Assembly: GCA_965197585.1 (NCBI GenBank) | Contig: OZ240215.1 | Coordinates: forward strand, 640,001-704,000 | Source of the DNA: Dehalococcoidia bacterium | GTDB lineage: Bacteria; Chloroflexota; Dehalococcoidia; Plut-88900 | DNA: 64,000 bases | Direction of reading: 5' to 3' | Shown here: piece by piece, positions 50,393 to 59,785 of the stretch | How the letters are laid out: each line of letters opens with the position of its first letter | How positions within the stretch are numbered: the stretch's first letter is position 1 | Notes under the pieces: generated by a model | The model's database searches: none | The model's input: only the letters and a program-made list of their open reading frames with translations | Told to the model about the DNA's origin: nothing | Translations under genes and position numbers: made by a program

Positions 50393-51157
50393 ATGCAATA
50401 CCGTTACATAAACCTCCAACTAAATGGCTCCGTCGCCCTAGTTACATTGAAGGGGGACGATGCGTCGAACCGCGTGAACGCGCAGATGTCCGAGGACTTG
50501 AGCGTTGCATGTGAATCTATTGTGGATGGGGGAATCGTTCGGGTGGTGGTGGTGATGGGGGAGGGGTCAATGTTCTCCGGAGGGACGGAAGAGGCGGTGA
50601 GAGAGATGCGAGAGGGGGGTGGGGAGGGGATGATCGGAGCTTCGGGGCATATTGCCCGGCTGCCGATGCCGGTCATCGCAGCGATGAACGGGGATGTATC
50701 AGGTTTGGGGCTGGAGCTGGCCCTGGCCTGCGACCTGCGTGTCGCATCCGACGAGGCGGCTTTCGCAATGGACCAGATCCGGTTTGGGATGATGCCCTGG
50801 GACGGGGGAACACAACGGCTTCCGAGGCTGGTGGGGAGGGGACGGGGGGCGGCGATGGTTTTGACAGGGATGAAGGTGAGCGCCGAGGAGGCCCTGGGTA
50901 TGGGGCTGGTACATGCCGTGTTTCCGAAGGACACTCTCTGGGATGAGGCCCTGAGTTTAGCCCGCAAGATAGGCGAACATGCTCCGATAGCCTTGGAGTA
51001 TGCAAAGGAAACCATAGGCAAGGGCATGGACATGACTCTGGACCAGGGCCTCAGGCTGGAGCAGGACCTGACGGTAATCCTGCAGTCGACAGCGGACCGG
51101 GCCGAAGGGATAAGGTCATTCCTTGAGAAGCGAAAGCCCGAGTTCCACGGTGAATAG
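50393..51157 (+). CDS. Enoyl-CoA hydratase/isomerase family
   Basis: PVIAAMNG, GLELALACDLR, GGTQRLPRLVG. Confidence 0.9.
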   Translation: MQYRYINLQLNGSVALVTLKGDDASNRVNAQMSEDLSVACESIVDGGIVRVVVVMGEGSMFSGGTEEAVREMREGGGEGMIGASGHIARLPMPVIAAMNGDVSGLGLELALACDLRVASDEAAFAMDQIRFGMMPWDGGTQRLPRLVGRGRGAAMVLTGMKVSAEEALGMGLVHAVFPKDTLWDEALSLARKIGEHAPIALEYAKETIGKGMDMTLDQGLRLEQDLTVILQSTADRAEGIRSFLEKRKPEFHGE

Positions 51158-51896
51158 CGACTCCATGAGCAGCTTCGAGACTGTAATTTATGAAAGGCAG
51201 GGGCCTTTGGCCCGTATCGAGCTGAACAGGCCACGGGTCCTTAACGCGTACAACGTGCAGATGCGGGACGACCTATATGAGGCGTTGACCGCGGTCTCCA
51301 TCGACCCGGACGTGAGGGCGCTGGTGATCTCCGGGGCGGGGGATAGGGCGTTCTGTGCGGGGGCGGACCTCACGGAGTTCGGGACTGCGCCTTCACAGAG
51401 GATAGCGAGGCAGGTGCGGTGGGAGCGGGATGTGTGGGGGCTGCTGATGGACCTTCCCATACCGACGATAGCCGCTCTCCATGGGTACGTTTTTGGGTCG
51501 GGGCTGGAGCTTGCGCTTTGCTGCGACATAAGAATTGCGGCGCCGAATGCGATATTCGGACTGCCGGAGACTTCGCTGGGTTTCATCCCGGCGGCGGGGG
51601 CGACTCAGACTTTGCCAAGGGCCGTAGGCTCGGGGTCTGCGCTGTGGGCCTTACTTACAGCAGAGCGGATGAACGCGACGCGGGCCCTTTCGATGGGCCT
51701 GATCAGCGAAATTACGCCGGAGGGCGGGCTTTTGACGCGATGTGATGAGATGGTCCTGGGGTTCTTAGACTCGGGAGCCGAGGCTCTTGGGGCGGCGAAG
51801 GCAGCCATGCGCCGGGGTTTAGACATGCCGTTAGGGGAGGGGTTGGGGGTGGAAGTCGGGCTGGCGCGCGGGTTGCTGCGGGTCTGCAATAGATAA
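51150..51896 (+). CDS. Enoyl-CoA hydratase/isomerase family
   Basis: LNRP, AFCAGADL, GLELALCCDIR, PETSLG. Confidence 0.9.
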   Translation: MNSDSMSSFETVIYERQGPLARIELNRPRVLNAYNVQMRDDLYEALTAVSIDPDVRALVISGAGDRAFCAGADLTEFGTAPSQRIARQVRWERDVWGLLMDLPIPTIAALHGYVFGSGLELALCCDIRIAAPNAIFGLPETSLGFIPAAGATQTLPRAVGSGSALWALLTAERMNATRALSMGLISEITPEGGLLTRCDEMVLGFLDSGAEALGAAKAAMRRGLDMPLGEGLGVEVGLARGLLRVCNR

Positions 51897-51952
51897 TCCT
51901 TGATGACCGCGATAGAATAGTTGCCCAAAGCCTAAAAACCGAGGAACGCGGA

Positions 51953-53506
51953 ATGAATACGCCCGAATTTCTTCTTATATCCAGCTCCATATGTCCCGAC
52001 CGGGAATCGATCATATTTGAGGGGAACCGCTGGAGTTTCTCAGACCTGGCTGATCGGTCTAACCGGCTGGCCAATGCGCTTGCGGGAATGGGTGTGGGGC
52101 AGGGAGACAAGGTGGGGATGCTGCAGGTCAACTGCAACGAATGCATTGAGGTCTATTTCGCAACGGCGAAGCTGGGAGCGACTTACGTACCCCTCAACTT
52201 CCGCGCCAGAGCCGAAGAGCTGGAGTTCATGATCAATTTCTCGGAGGCTTCGGCTCTATTTTTGGGGCAGCGCTACGTCAAAATGATTAGTTCGATGCGA
52301 GAACAGATTCCGGGAATGAAGAATTTGGTCTCGGTGGAAGGGCCGGCGGAAGGAATGCTGGACTATGAGTCGGTCATCGCCGAGGCGGACTCCGAAGAGG
52401 TGTTCACGGACATAGACGACAACGACACTTCCATTCTGATGTTTACCGCCGGTACTACGGGTCAGCCCAAAGGTGTGATGTTGACTCACGACAACCTGGC
52501 GACATACGTGCTAAACAACGTGAGCCCTGCCGACCCGGATATCGAGGAGAAGAACATCCTCACCGTGCCCTTGTATCACATAGCCGGAATGCAGGCGGTG
52601 CTGGCCGCAGTGTACGGAGGCCGGACCCTGGTTGTACAGCGACAGTTTGATCCGAGCGACTGGATGACCCTTGTGGAGACGGAGAGCGTGACCCGGGCCA
52701 TGATGGTTCCTACCATGCTTAAGCAGCTAATGGAACACGAGGAGTTCCCCAAGCGGAACCTGAGCAGCCTGCAAGTCATCACCTACGGCGCGGCCCCTAT
52801 GCCCGTGGAAGTGATAACAAAAGCTATCGAGGTGTTTCCCGGCACGAGGTTTATCAATGCCTTCGGGCAGACGGAATCGGCGTCGACGATTACGATGCTG
52901 ACTCCGGAGGACCACGTTATCGAGGGTTCGCCGGGGGAGAGGGCGATCAAACTGAAGAGGCTGGGGTCGATAGGGCGAGCACTGGGCGACACGGAAGTGA
53001 AGATATTCGACGAGGATGGGAGCGAGCTGCCGGTGGACGAGGTTGGGGAGATCGTGGCTCGGGGGCCGAGGGTTATGAAGGGCTACTGGAAGGCTGAAGA
53101 GGCAACCAACAGCACAATCCGAAACGGCTGGTTGTATACCGGGGACATCGGTTACATGGACGAGGCCGGGTATATCTTCTTGTCGGGTCGGGCGAAGGAC
53201 ATCATCATCCGGGCCGGGGAGAACATCTCGCCTGAGCAGGTGGAGGCGACTCTGCACTCGCACCCGGCCATCGACGAGGCGGCGGTTATCGGGGTGCCCA
53301 ACCCGCAGTGGGGCGAAACGGTCCGTGCAATAGTGGCGCTAAAGGCTGGGGCTCAGACTTCCGAGGCAGACATAATCGAACATTGCCGGGGCCAGCTGGC
53401 CAGCTTCAAGAAGCCGGAGTCGGTGATTTTCGTGGACTCTTTGCCCCGTAACCCATTGGGGAAGGTGCTGAAGCGTGTGTTGCGGGAGGAGTACGGGAAG
53501 GCGTAG
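51953..53506 (+). CDS. Long-chain acyl-CoA synthetase
   Basis: FTAGTTGQPKG, FGQTE, TGDIG, GRAKD, PRNPLGK. Confidence 0.92.
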   Translation: MNTPEFLLISSSICPDRESIIFEGNRWSFSDLADRSNRLANALAGMGVGQGDKVGMLQVNCNECIEVYFATAKLGATYVPLNFRARAEELEFMINFSEASALFLGQRYVKMISSMREQIPGMKNLVSVEGPAEGMLDYESVIAEADSEEVFTDIDDNDTSILMFTAGTTGQPKGVMLTHDNLATYVLNNVSPADPDIEEKNILTVPLYHIAGMQAVLAAVYGGRTLVVQRQFDPSDWMTLVETESVTRAMMVPTMLKQLMEHEEFPKRNLSSLQVITYGAAPMPVEVITKAIEVFPGTRFINAFGQTESASTITMLTPEDHVIEGSPGERAIKLKRLGSIGRALGDTEVKIFDEDGSELPVDEVGEIVARGPRVMKGYWKAEEATNSTIRNGWLYTGDIGYMDEAGYIFLSGRAKDIIIRAGENISPEQVEATLHSHPAIDEAAVIGVPNPQWGETVRAIVALKAGAQTSEADIIEHCRGQLASFKKPESVIFVDSLPRNPLGKVLKRVLREEYGKA

Positions 53507-53524
53507 GGGTCGGGCCGGCCTCGG

Positions 53525-54202
53525 CTAAGATCCGGGGCCCAACTCCCGAGGGGTGGATTGGTCCGTACCCGCCTTTTCACTCTTGCCAAGCCGACGGTAA
53601 AGACTTTCACGGTCATCGTAGGCTTCGGTGTAGGACTTGTCCAGGTTAATTGCCTGGGTTAGGTCTTTAATTGCCTCGGGCAGACGGCCCTTATCGGCGA
53701 GCAGCAGTGCTCTCTCGTGGTAGGCCTCCGGGAGATTTGGATCGCTGATAATGGCCTTGTCCAGGGACTCGAGGGCTCGGGCGACGAGCCTTGGCTCGGA
53801 TCTGGGTGGAGCCGTTTCTGCCTGTTTGGCATAGACGATTCCTACGTTAAGCAGGGCTCGGGCGTCCTTCGGATTTATTTTCAAGGCCTTCTTGTATTCC
53901 TTGAGCGCGGAAGAAAAATGCCCTTTCCTGAGGTAGCAGGTGCCGAGGTTGCTGAGGAGAGCGCTGTCTTGCGGGCCGAACTTTTTGGCCGAGTTCAGGT
54001 CCCGGATGGCGGCGTTCAGGTTGCCGAGCCCGCCGTGAGCGAGACCTCGGTAGAAGTATGCGTGGGCATCCTTGGAGTTAAGGGCAAGGGCTTCATCAAG
54101 GTGGACTAGGGCATCTTCAAAGCGCCCATCTTTGACGGCTTTTTCGCCTTTACGGGAGCCGACGACCCAACTGAGGCCCCGGATTTTGTCAAGGATGCCC
54201 AT
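53525..54202 (-). CDS. TPR protein
   Basis: Several TPR repeats. Confidence 0.85.
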   Translation of the reverse strand: MGILDKIRGLSWVVGSRKGEKAVKDGRFEDALVHLDEALALNSKDAHAYFYRGLAHGGLGNLNAAIRDLNSAKKFGPQDSALLSNLGTCYLRKGHFSSALKEYKKALKINPKDARALLNVGIVYAKQAETAPPRSEPRLVARALESLDKAIISDPNLPEAYHERALLLADKGRLPEAIKDLTQAINLDKSYTEAYDDRESLYRRLGKSEKAGTDQSTPRELGPGS

Positions 54203-54225
54203 AAAATAAAGAGGCCTAACGCGAG

Positions 54226-55227
54226 TCAGCCCGTTGACGCAACGTCGAAGATGCGGGGGGCCACGTGGGCGAGAAGGAGGTCGGTGGACATGATCATGGA
54301 GCGGCCTGAGGGGTCGATACGGGGAGATACTTCTACGAGGTCCATGGCGCCTATGGGATAGGCAGAGAGGACGCGGAGGATTGTCGCCATGATGTCAGGG
54401 GTGATGGCGTCGTTGACTACGGAGCCGGTGGCTGGGAAGAAACCGGTGTCTATAAAGTCGATGTCGACGGACATGTATATGTAGTCGCAGCCTGCGGCAG
54501 CGCGCTCACCGGCGCGTCTAGCGACCTCTTCGGGACCAATCCTTAGAACGTCGGCGGCGGTGAAGATGAGACCTCCGTGGGAGTCGATGGCGCTGATGGG
54601 CTCCTCGTCGGACCAGCCCTGAATTCCGATCCAGACCATGTTTGCGGGGCTGACAAGGTCGAGCTCGGAGATGCGGCGGGCGTTGGTGCCGTGGTTGTAC
54701 TTGCCCCAGACAGGGGTGTCGTCTCGGAAGTCGAGGTGGCCGTCGATGTGGATGTAGCCAATCTTGGGTTTCGGAGACATCTCGGAGACGGCTCGGGTGT
54801 AGCCTAGGCAGGATGGGTAGCCGACGTAGTGGTCGCCGCCCAGGCAGACGGAAAAGCCGCCCCGACGCACCACCTCTGCCACTCCACCGGCTATGCCCTC
54901 GGTGGACTTCATCACGTCGGTTGGGTAGACGTTGTAGTCGCCTACGTCTACGAGTCGGTTGGAAGCGGGGGTGGTGAGCCGGTTGCCGGATGTGACTTCA
55001 AGGATGCCGTCGGGGCCTGCGCTGCTTATGCGGTCGGCCATGGCGAGGGAGCCTTCCCTGATGCCTCGGGGGCCCATTCTGGTGCCGAAACGGCTGGTGT
55101 GGGTGCTGTCGTGGGGGGCTCCGCCGATCACGACCATCCCGCGCTCAACTTTGTCCAGGGCAACGTAGGGCGAGCCAAGGAAGGTGGCTGCGCCGATGTC
55201 TTCTACGTGTTCCAGCAATTCACTCAC
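54226..55227 (-). CDS. Ureohydrolase (agmatinase family), intact metal site
   Basis: GGDH, DGHLD, NHGT, DIDFID, EVSP; GTGA overlap with the upstream gene. Confidence 0.88.
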   Translation of the reverse strand: MSELLEHVEDIGAATFLGSPYVALDKVERGMVVIGGAPHDSTHTSRFGTRMGPRGIREGSLAMADRISSAGPDGILEVTSGNRLTTPASNRLVDVGDYNVYPTDVMKSTEGIAGGVAEVVRRGGFSVCLGGDHYVGYPSCLGYTRAVSEMSPKPKIGYIHIDGHLDFRDDTPVWGKYNHGTNARRISELDLVSPANMVWIGIQGWSDEEPISAIDSHGGLIFTAADVLRIGPEEVARRAGERAAAGCDYIYMSVDIDFIDTGFFPATGSVVNDAITPDIMATILRVLSAYPIGAMDLVEVSPRIDPSGRSMIMSTDLLLAHVAPRIFDVASTG

Positions 55228-56219
55228 TTGGCGGCCTCGGCTACTCTGATTTTCTCGTCGATGAAGCGGACCAGCATCTCTGCGCCGCAGCGCTGGCCGG
55301 TCTTGGACAGGCTCATGGTCTCGATGAGAGGGTTTAAGCCACATAGGCTGACGCCGCCGACCGGGCCCCGGGCCAGGAGGGTTAGGGCCTCGAACAGGTC
55401 TACATTTCGGAGGCCGTCGAAGTGGGGAGTTCCGGTCATGGCTACGTAACCGCCGTCCATGACATCAATGTCAACGCCCACGAAGATACCGGAGCAGCCG
55501 TTGGAGGCGCGTTCCAGGGCTTCAGCTATCACATCGGGGATGCCGCGGCGGCGGACTTGCTCCGCGTCGATCATAGTAGCCGGCAGTCTGTTTGCAATCT
55601 GCCACTGGTCGAGCGGTACGTAGCCGTTTGCGCCGATCCATACCAAGTTCTTCGGGTGGACGGCCCCCGAGTCCAGGAGGCGGCGAACCGTCGCTCCGCG
55701 CCATACGTCTCCCCAGGCTGGGTCTCGGAGGCCGAGGTCAAGGCGGCTGGAGAGCTGGATGTAGCCAATATTCCCGCCGGTTGCTTCCCGGTAGCCCTGG
55801 GCCAAGGCGGAGGCGATGAAATGGTCGCCGCCGAGGGCTATGGGCACGGCACCCAGGCCGCTGATGCGTTTTGCTGCGTCCCGAAGGGTGGAAGACAGTA
55901 TCTCCCAGTCGACGTGGGAGACGGGTAGGTCACCCAGGTCACGGACACGTTCGCGGATGACGTTGGTGTCGGTGGGGAGCCGGGAGTTGATCTCGACGAG
56001 GGTTGCGTCCTGGGCGGTCATCATCTGGAAGTAGGTGGAGGTTTCTCGATAGGCCTTGGGCGCAAGGCGAGGGCCGAGCTGGTCGGGGGCGGATACATCG
56101 TAGGGCACGCCGAATACGCCGAACATGCCGGGTGTCAGCTCTTCGATAGTCCCTGTCGGGGCACCGATGAAGGTGAGCAAGCCACCTGTTTTGGGTGTCG
56201 GTCCTCTGCGGATTGGCAT
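55224..56219 (-). CDS. Ureohydrolase-fold protein, degenerate metal site
   Basis: GGDH and DID are present, but DxHxD is replaced by SSRLD. Confidence 0.85.
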   Translation of the reverse strand: MPIRRGPTPKTGGLLTFIGAPTGTIEELTPGMFGVFGVPYDVSAPDQLGPRLAPKAYRETSTYFQMMTAQDATLVEINSRLPTDTNVIRERVRDLGDLPVSHVDWEILSSTLRDAAKRISGLGAVPIALGGDHFIASALAQGYREATGGNIGYIQLSSRLDLGLRDPAWGDVWRGATVRRLLDSGAVHPKNLVWIGANGYVPLDQWQIANRLPATMIDAEQVRRRGIPDVIAEALERASNGCSGIFVGVDIDVMDGGYVAMTGTPHFDGLRNVDLFEALTLLARGPVGGVSLCGLNPLIETMSLSKTGQRCGAEMLVRFIDEKIRVAEAAK

Positions 56220-56310
56220 TACGGCCTCGTCATCCTAAGCATCAGACTGTCTGCCAGATTTGCTTGATGTGGAGGGGATTGGGGGGAGAGAGGCGTGAGT
56301 GCACAAGTCC

Positions 56311-56339
56311 TAGATTCCTCGCGGAGCCTCGGAATGACA
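56311..56339. repeat. REP-like palindrome
   Basis: AGATTCCTCGCGGAGCCTCGGAATGACA, near-identical to 44592-44619. Confidence 0.75.
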
Positions 56340-56448
56340 CGGGGTGAGGGAGAGGGGATATGACTGCTGTGCTCACCCTGAGTGGCCAGACGACGGGGAG
56401 CATGGGCCAAGTGATTACGCTCTTCTTCATGCCAAATTGGTCGTGTTC

Positions 56449-57420
56449 TCAATAGATATCAAATATTCTTGGGGCGATTAGCTTGATTAGGGCCTCGGCG
56501 GCGAAACGGGGGGTGCGGCTGCCGGCGTCGAGGGGTGGGGAGGTCTCGACGAGGTCCATCGCACCGATGGGGAATTCGGAGAGGGGTCCGAGGATGCGGA
56601 ATAGGGTGGAGGCGGTCATGGCTCCCATAGTGACCGAGCCTGTGCCGTCGGAGAAGCCGGCGTCAATGACGTCGATATCGAAGCTCATGTAGATGGAGTC
56701 ACAGCCCTTGAGGGCTAGCTCGGCTGCGCGGCGTCCGACGGTCTCGGGGCCCATCTCCTCTACGTCTTCGCTGGTGAAAATCGTGCCTCCGTAGCGGCGG
56801 ATGAGCTCGACCTGGTCCAGGTAGCAGGGGCCCTGGATACCTATGAAAACCATGTTGGCGGGTTCCATGGCGTCCAGCTCCGAGATCCGGCGGGCGTTGG
56901 TGCCATTCATGTACTTGCCGTAGGGGCCGTAGGAGTCGGCGAAGTCGAGGTGGCCGTCTATGTGAATATAGCCGACCCGGGCGTTGGGCCTGAGTTGTCC
57001 AAGGGCACGGGTGTAACCGAGGCAGGATGGGTAGCCGACGTAATGATCGCCGCCCAGGCAGACGGAGAAGCCGCCCCGCAGCACGACTTCCGAGACGCCG
57101 CCGGCGATGCCCTCGGTAGCTTTCATAACGTCGGAGGGGTAACTGTTGAAATCGCCGACATCTACGAGGGGGGATTGGGTGGGGCGAATCAGGGTGCGCC
57201 CGGTGGACACGTCTATCAACCCCTCTTCGGCGCGGTCGAAACTCTGGGCCAGGGGCAGGGAGTGCTCGCGGATGCCTCGGGGGCCGTACCTCTCGCCGAA
57301 GCGGTCTCGGAGGCTGTGAGGAGCGCCGCTTATTACTGTCATGCCGGGCTGGACATCGGAGAGGCCGACGAGTGGGGCTCCCATAAAGGTGGGAGACGAT
57401 GTGTATGCGTAGTCTTGCAT
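56449..57420 (-). CDS. Ureohydrolase (agmatinase family), intact metal site
   Basis: GGDH, DGHLD, MNGT, DIDVID, ETSP; start at ATG 57420. Confidence 0.88.
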   Translation of the reverse strand: MQDYAYTSSPTFMGAPLVGLSDVQPGMTVISGAPHSLRDRFGERYGPRGIREHSLPLAQSFDRAEEGLIDVSTGRTLIRPTQSPLVDVGDFNSYPSDVMKATEGIAGGVSEVVLRGGFSVCLGGDHYVGYPSCLGYTRALGQLRPNARVGYIHIDGHLDFADSYGPYGKYMNGTNARRISELDAMEPANMVFIGIQGPCYLDQVELIRRYGGTIFTSEDVEEMGPETVGRRAAELALKGCDSIYMSFDIDVIDAGFSDGTGSVTMGAMTASTLFRILGPLSEFPIGAMDLVETSPPLDAGSRTPRFAAEALIKLIAPRIFDIY

Positions 57421-57434
57421 AGTTAAATCATGGC

Positions 57435-58418
57435 CTAGGGATAGGCAAGGGCCTCGCCGGCCAGGAAGCGGATGACTATCCAGGCCCCGAGTCGGGGGCC
57501 GGTAGCAGATAGCATGTTCACGGTGGGATTCATGCCCACGAGGTCGAGGGCGCCGGCCTTCTTTCGGCGGAGGATGTCGACGGCTTTGAGAAGCTCGACG
57601 TTGGTAAGGCCATCGAAGCACGGGTCTGCGGTGGCGGCGACGATACCGCCGTCCATAACGTCGAAGTCGATGCTGACGTAGACGGAGTCGCATCCATCTC
57701 CTGCAACTTCCATTGCGTTTTCGACCACGTTCTGCGGGCCTCGGCGGCGCACGTCTTCGAGAGTGAAGACGGACAACTCCCTTTCTTGTGCGAAGTCCCA
57801 CTCCTCTCGGCGGAGGTAGCCGCTCACGCCAATCCAGACCATATTCTTCGGGGCAACGGCCCCGGAGTCCAGGATGCGCCGGGCGGTTGCGCCCCGCCAA
57901 ACGTCTCCCCAGACCGGGTCCCGGGTCCCGAGATCAAGGCGGCTGGAAAGTTGGACGTAGCCGATGCCTCGGCCCGTACGCTCGCGGACGGCGTCGGCGT
58001 AGCCGAGGCAGAGGGGGTAGGAGACGAAATGGTCTCCGCCGAGGACCACGGGAGTCGCACCTGTGGAGGCTACTTCGTTGAGAGAGCGTCGGAGCTCTTT
58101 TTCGGTGCGGGGCCAGTCGAGGGGGTAGGCATTGAAGTCGCCGAGGTCGAGGATTTGCGAGCGACGGGCGCCGCTCATGCGGTCGCCGGTGGTGATTTCA
58201 ACGAGGTCGGAGCGGGAGAATGCGCCGGCGTAGTAGCCGGAGCTATCCCGGATGGCTCGGGGGCCGAATCTCGACCCAATCTTGGTAGTGCAGGACAGAT
58301 CATAGGAAACGCCGCAGATTGCAGCCATCCCTTCTTTGAGGTGCTCCAAGTCGCCTCGGGGCAGATCCATGAAGGTTGTTATGCCCGGTGTGGATACGGG
58401 GGCCGACTGTGTGGTCAT
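57435..58418 (-). CDS. Ureohydrolase-fold protein, degenerate metal site
   Basis: GSRFGP, GGDH, SSRLD, DFD. Confidence 0.85.
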   Translation of the reverse strand: MTTQSAPVSTPGITTFMDLPRGDLEHLKEGMAAICGVSYDLSCTTKIGSRFGPRAIRDSSGYYAGAFSRSDLVEITTGDRMSGARRSQILDLGDFNAYPLDWPRTEKELRRSLNEVASTGATPVVLGGDHFVSYPLCLGYADAVRERTGRGIGYVQLSSRLDLGTRDPVWGDVWRGATARRILDSGAVAPKNMVWIGVSGYLRREEWDFAQERELSVFTLEDVRRRGPQNVVENAMEVAGDGCDSVYVSIDFDVMDGGIVAATADPCFDGLTNVELLKAVDILRRKKAGALDLVGMNPTVNMLSATGPRLGAWIVIRFLAGEALAYP

Positions 58419-58431
58419 AAGGGTCTCGGAC

Positions 58432-59412
58432 TCACGCCCCGAAAACGGAGGGCGCCATAAGTTCGATAACGGCCTGGGCTGCGAGTCGTTCGGAGCGGCC
58501 TCGGACGTCGAGCCCAGGGGCTACCTCGACGACGTCAAGGGCGGCTATCCTTGGGAACTCCGAAAGCTCACGCGTGATAGCGAGCAGGTCGCGGGGAGTA
58601 AGGCCACCAACTACAATCTCGGCGGTTCCGGATGCGTAGCCGGAGTCGACAACGCCGATGTCGAGGCTAAGGTAGACGGCGTCGCAGTCCTGGCCGGCGA
58701 TTTCCAACGCCCGGCGTACTGTCGCCTCGGGGCCTTCGGCTTTAACTGAGTCGGCGGTTATTACGGTGACGCCCTGTGAGCGAGCGTATTCCCACTCCCG
58801 GTAGGGTATATAGCCCTGGGTACCGACAAATACCGTGTTACGGGCCTCGACGGCGCCGGAGTCCAGGATGCGGCGTACTGAAGCGCCGGACCAATCGGGG
58901 CCGTATTGGGAGCCGGGGTCGGCCAGGGAGAGTTCAGCGGAGATGCGTATCAGGCCGAGACTGCGGCTTGAACCCGCCTTCACGCCTTCCATCAGAGGGA
59001 ATGTGATAAACCGGTCTCCGCCGAGGGCCACGGGGCAGGCACCGGACTCGGCTATTCGGGAGAAGGCGGACCGGCAAGCATCAAGGTTGCCGGGAAGGTC
59101 CAGAGGAGAAAGGGTGAGGTCTCCGAGGTCGAGAAGGGATGAGGGTTGAGGTACGTGGAGCACCCGGCCAGATATGACGTCGATGAGGGCGCCGGACTCG
59201 GAGGCCTCGAGCTCGTAGATGAAGTCGGCGCTGGCTTCTCGGATGGCCCGGGGGCCCTGCCTGACGCCTTGGCGGGAAGTGGAGGAGCCGTCGTGGGGGA
59301 CGCCGATGACGGCTACGCAACCGGGCCCGACGTCCTGGAATCCGGCTCTCGGGGCACGGGCGAAGGTGTTGATACCGGCGAACGAGGGCAGAAGGTCTCG
59401 TTGGTAGGGCAA
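58432..59412 (-). CDS. Ureohydrolase-fold protein, degenerate metal site
   Basis: RQGP, GGDR, SAELS, DIG, EVAP. Confidence 0.85.
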   Translation of the reverse strand: MPYQRDLLPSFAGINTFARAPRAGFQDVGPGCVAVIGVPHDGSSTSRQGVRQGPRAIREASADFIYELEASESGALIDVISGRVLHVPQPSSLLDLGDLTLSPLDLPGNLDACRSAFSRIAESGACPVALGGDRFITFPLMEGVKAGSSRSLGLIRISAELSLADPGSQYGPDWSGASVRRILDSGAVEARNTVFVGTQGYIPYREWEYARSQGVTVITADSVKAEGPEATVRRALEIAGQDCDAVYLSLDIGVVDSGYASGTAEIVVGGLTPRDLLAITRELSEFPRIAALDVVEVAPGLDVRGRSERLAAQAVIELMAPSVFGA

Positions 59413-59496
59413 AGCCGCCTCCCTTCTAGGGTTCGGATTATAGCATGGGGGTGGGGGAGGAATTTGAGTCAGTACTGTGTGTATGCCAGGGCCGGG

Positions 59497-59697
59497 GTGA
59501 CGGATTGGCAGTGCGGGGCCGCCCCCCGCTCAACCCTTCGATCCGCCTCAGCGGACTTACAGCAGGCTCAGGGTGAGCGGCCCCTCCCCACGGGATGGAT
59601 ATGCGCTTCGGCGCATCCTCCGTAGGCGGACGTTTCGCTTACAGCCGGCACTCGGCGGCCAGAATGATCCGCCTTAGGCGGACAGGCTCCCCTCGGG
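59497..59697 (+). repeat. Composite palindromic repeat of about 200 bp, copy B
   Basis: Colinear with 44653-44832. Confidence 0.85.
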
Positions 59698-59785
59698 TGG
59701 GGGAGGGGTTCGTTGACTGAGGTAGGGGGTTTGCCTACAATCGTGAGACCAGTAATGTGGGCGTTACACAAGGAAAAGAGCAGAG

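Noticed and set aside
56219-56452. 77-aa ORF between the ureohydrolase genes
   Set aside because: It is mostly REP-derived sequence with no recognisable protein signature.
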